Below, piece after piece: positions 25,382 through 28,138 of a DNA stretch of 28,138 nucleotides. The stretch's first letter is position 1; every line of letters begins with the position of its first letter. The notes beneath the pieces were generated by a model. It worked only from the letters and a program-made list of their open reading frames with translations. It was not told the DNA's origin and ran no database searches. The translations under genes were made by a program, and so were the position numbers. The DNA is from Candidatus Hydrogenedentota bacterium (lineage in GTDB: Bacteria > Hydrogenedentota > Hydrogenedentia > Hydrogenedentales > GCA-2746185): contig JAYGCN010000201.1 of NCBI GenBank assembly GCA_046583315.1, positions 1-28,138 of the forward strand, given 5' to 3'.

Positions 25382-26620
25382 ATGTCTGAGGAACAATCAC
25401 TTTTTTATCTCGAACTGTCCGAACGCTTCAAACCATCACTTGAAAAAGTCAAGGCCTTCATTGCGGACAAAATCGAACCGGTGCAAGAGGAATTCTATGA
25501 AAAACGTATCGATGAAAATGACCGTTGGTCGCTGAGCGCGCACTCGCTCGGAATTCTGGAAGGGCTGAAAAGTGAAGCCAAAGCTGCCGGCCTCTGGAAC
25601 TTCTTCTTACCCGATTGGAATGGCGAAGGCGTCACCAACCTCGATTATGCCTATCTGGCCGCAGAAATGGGCAAATGCCCCATGTCCTCCGAAGTCTTCA
25701 ACTGCGCCGCGCCCGATACCGGTAACATGGAAGTGATCCACAAATACGGCACCGAAGCTCAGAAGAAGGAATGGCTTGAGCCGCTACTCGCAGGTGAAAT
25801 TCGCTCCTGCTTCGGCATGACAGAACCCGGTCGCGCCTGCTCCGACGCGAAAAACGTCGCGACGCGCGCCATGCTAGAAGGAGACGAATGGGTTATCAAC
25901 GGAGAAAAATATTACATCTCCGGCGCCGGCGACAGCCGCTGTAAAATCATGATCCTGATGGTGCAGACCGACCCCGACGCCCCCCGCGCACAGAAACAAT
26001 CCCAGATTCTCGTTCCATTGGATACACCCGGCGTCAACATTCTGGGCCCCATGCACGTATTCGGCCACGACGCCGCTCCGCACGGCCACATGCACATCAA
26101 ACTCGAGGACGTGCGCGTTCCCAAGGAAAACATCCTGCTCGGACCCGGTCGCGGATTCGAAATCTCCCAAGGCCGCCTCGGACCAGGCCGCATCCACCAC
26201 TGCATGCGTTGCATCGGCATGTCAGAGCGTGCACTCAGACTCATGTGCGAACGCGGTCTTTCCCGTGAAGCCTTCGGCAAACCCATCATCAACCTCGGCG
26301 GCAACTACGACGTTATCGCCCGTACGCGCATTGAAATCGACAGCATGCGCCTGATGGTACTCCAGGCCGCACGTGCCATGGATCTGATGGGTACGCAGCA
26401 AGCCAGAATCTACATTTCCGGAATCAAAGCCATGGTGCCCGAAATGACGTGTACCATTATTGATCGCGCGATTCAGTTACACGGCGCGACCGGCGTATCG
26501 CAATGGACTCCCTTGGCCAATATGTATACGAGCGCCCGCACACTGCGCCTCGCTGATGGCCCCGATGAAGTGCATCGCATGGTCGTCGCGCGCAACGAGC
26601 TCTCGCGTTACAAGGCCTAA
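25382..26620 (+). CDS. Acyl-CoA dehydrogenase, ACAD10/ACAD11-like
   Basis: GLWNFFLP, FNCAAPDTGNMEV, SCFGMTEP..ACSDA.N, QGRLGPGRIHHCMR, RTLRLADGPDEVH. AAGGAG RBS. Confidence 0.93.
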   Translation: MSEEQSLFYLELSERFKPSLEKVKAFIADKIEPVQEEFYEKRIDENDRWSLSAHSLGILEGLKSEAKAAGLWNFFLPDWNGEGVTNLDYAYLAAEMGKCPMSSEVFNCAAPDTGNMEVIHKYGTEAQKKEWLEPLLAGEIRSCFGMTEPGRACSDAKNVATRAMLEGDEWVINGEKYYISGAGDSRCKIMILMVQTDPDAPRAQKQSQILVPLDTPGVNILGPMHVFGHDAAPHGHMHIKLEDVRVPKENILLGPGRGFEISQGRLGPGRIHHCMRCIGMSERALRLMCERGLSREAFGKPIINLGGNYDVIARTRIEIDSMRLMVLQAARAMDLMGTQQARIYISGIKAMVPEMTCTIIDRAIQLHGATGVSQWTPLANMYTSARTLRLADGPDEVHRMVVARNELSRYKA

Positions 26621-26643
26621 CCAAAAGAAGGAATTCGTGAATA

Positions 26644-27578
26644 ATGTCCGAACAACCGTTTGATACACCACTCGAATTAAGCGGCCCTTTCCGGGCACCC
26701 AGACAAATGCTCGCCGATCAGGAATACGGCGGACACTTGTCCATTCACGATGATGAAACAGCAGAGAAGCTTGGATTTTCGGGGCCCCCATCGAGGTGCC
26801 CACGCATTTCTCCCAGTTCACGCCATTATTGACTGAACTCTGGGGCGAAGAGTGCTACAAAACTGGCTGCATCAGTTCCCACTACCAAAACATGGTCGTG
26901 GAAGGCGAGGAAGTCAAAGCCTTCGTCGAGATACCCAAAGACGGAGAAACATCGGTCCGCATCCGTGCCGAAAAAAAGGATGGCACCCCCGTCCTCATGG
27001 GCACCGCATCTGTCGGCTCCGATCATTCCCCCTCCGAACTGGAAGCGCGCATGGAACGTCTCCGTCCGGCAGGCGACTTGATCGTGCTACGCGACATGAA
27101 CGTCGGTGACAAAGGTGCCGAAGACGAACGCGTCAGCATGGATTTCGATCAGCACCTCGGCAAAAGCTATCCCTTTACGCTGAATAGCAAACTAAAAGTC
27201 ATCACCGAAGACTCCCCCTGGCACTACGCCGGCAACGATTCCCCCTGGGGCAGCCCCATCATCCCGCTCGAAATGGTCTGCGTCCTGTGCCAGTTCTCCA
27301 GTCGCCAGAAAGGCTGGAACATTCGCCAACCCCACATCGGCCTCTTTGCCGATCTGGAAATCGGCATGGTGCAAGGACCGCTCTTCGTCGGAAAAGAATA
27401 CCGTCTCGATCGCGAACTCATCGCTCTGGGCCAGACTCGACGCACAGAAGGGTACTGGGTCAGAACGCTCATTCGCGATGGCGAAACCGATGAAGTAGTC
27501 GCCTATTCGCTGCTCCACCAAGCCGTCATGAAAGATTCATTCCCGACCTACGAAGAAGAACTCGCAGCATTGAAATAA
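26644..27578 (+). pseudogene. Conserved hypothetical protein (possible hot-dog/MaoC-like fold) split by a one-base frameshift
   Basis: Frame A reads ...SIHDDETAEKLGFSG and frame B continues PIEVPTHFSQF... The switch falls at the GGGGCCCCC run (26781-26789). Adding one base gives a continuous ORF of about 311 aa. It could be a sequencing error. Confidence 0.6.
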
Positions 27579-27590
27579 GGTAGAATCGGT

Positions 27591-27815
27591 CTAGCAACCG
27601 CGTGTAATAACCGAGTCGCCGCCGTCTTCAATCGTGCGCACAATCTGCTCAAGCTCGCCAATAATGTCCTTGTCGGAGCGGTAACTCTTATTGTGCTCGA
27701 CCAATTGATACATCAACGCGCGCGCAAAAGTATCATCGTCCATACCACTATCTTCGCGAACCGATTCAAGCCCCTCTTCCAATTTCTGCTGTGCCAGCTG
27801 ATATTCCCCAGCCAT
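27591..27815 (-). CDS. Small acidic hypothetical protein (74 aa) ending in VITRGC
   Basis: ATG 27815 with GGAG RBS and a helical-looking sequence. The longer ORF call (27971) runs across the divergent promoter region. Confidence 0.65.
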   Translation of the reverse strand: MAGEYQLAQQKLEEGLESVREDSGMDDDTFARALMYQLVEHNKSYRSDKDIIGELEQIVRTIEDGGDSVITRGC

Positions 27816-27869
27816 AATTCTTCCTCCAAAACGTGATGTAACCGGCTCGTATTGCGTTTCTCCTCGTAT

Positions 27870-27899
27870 AGTATAAGACCCAACCTGACTTCGATTCAA
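27870..27899 (-). promoter_or_regulatory. Candidate sigma70 promoter for the 74-aa gene
   Basis: On the - strand, TTGAAT (27899-27894), 18 nt spacer, TATACT (27875-27870). Confidence 0.4.
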
Positions 27900-27974
27900 T
27901 GCGTGGGCGCTACATTGGACATCGCGAGAGCCGACATTGTAGGCTGGAGAGTCTGAGCAACAGGAGAACAATAC

Positions 27975-28138
27975 ATGATTCGCGCAATACTGATTACCTT
28001 TTTATTCTGTACCCTCAACGCCGCGGCCCAACTCGGAACCTCCGACGGACAATGGAAATCCTACGGTGGAGACAAAGGCAGCACAAAATACGCGCCCCTT
28101 TCTCAGATCACTCCAGAAAACTTCGAGTCCTTGAAAAC
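27975..28138 (+). CDS. N-terminus of a PQQ-dependent quinoprotein (glucose dehydrogenase-like), truncated by the window edge
   Basis: CAGGAG RBS, signal peptide MIRAILITFLFCTLNAAA, then GQWKSYGGDKGSTKYAPLSQITPENF, matching the W..YG.....RYSPL.QI...N start motif of quinoprotein dehydrogenases. Not in the ORF track. Confidence 0.75.
   Translation, partial: MIRAILITFLFCTLNAAAQLGTSDGQWKSYGGDKGSTKYAPLSQITPENFESLK

Noticed and set aside
24720..25535. 271-aa ORF spanning the divergent promoter (similarly 16889-17515 on the - strand)
   Set aside because: It overlaps well-supported genes and has shadow-ORF composition.
1..28138. CRISPR arrays, tRNA/rRNA, IS elements, prophage or defence genes
   Set aside because: I saw no spaced repeats, RNA-gene signatures, transposases, integrases or nucleases, and intergenic gaps are all under 300 nt. 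The WYL gene is the DinB-linked YafY type rather than defence-island associated.

Overview
Gene-dense bacterial chromosomal window with no rRNA, tRNA, CRISPR array or mobile element that I can see. It has four parts. (1) 1-12246, + strand: a cell-envelope cluster with five PQQ-like (BamB-fold) beta-propeller genes around a GT4 glycosyltransferase carrying an N-terminal CxxC, a LolD-type ABC ATPase and a 1087-aa double FtsX/MacB permease. This is the best candidate for an uncharacterised system. (2) 12225-16807, - strand: an operon of an orphan family-5 substrate-binding lipoprotein, an enoyl-CoA hydratase, a DFR/CCR-like reductase, a small thioredoxin and a lipoprotein with a G9 tract in its signal peptide. 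(3) 17042-27578: acyl-CoA catabolism genes (paired acyl-CoA dehydrogenases, a crotonase, two SDRs, a CoA ligase, an ACAD10/11-like dehydrogenase and a frameshifted hot-dog-like gene). They are interrupted by a DinB-family gene and a WYL/YafY regulator with two in-frame nonsense codons, whose palindromic operator candidate (CTGACA-N6-TGTCAG) is intact. (4) 27591-28138: a 74-aa hypothetical protein and the start of a PQQ quinoprotein dehydrogenase. All calls come from motif recognition by eye; no database searches were run.
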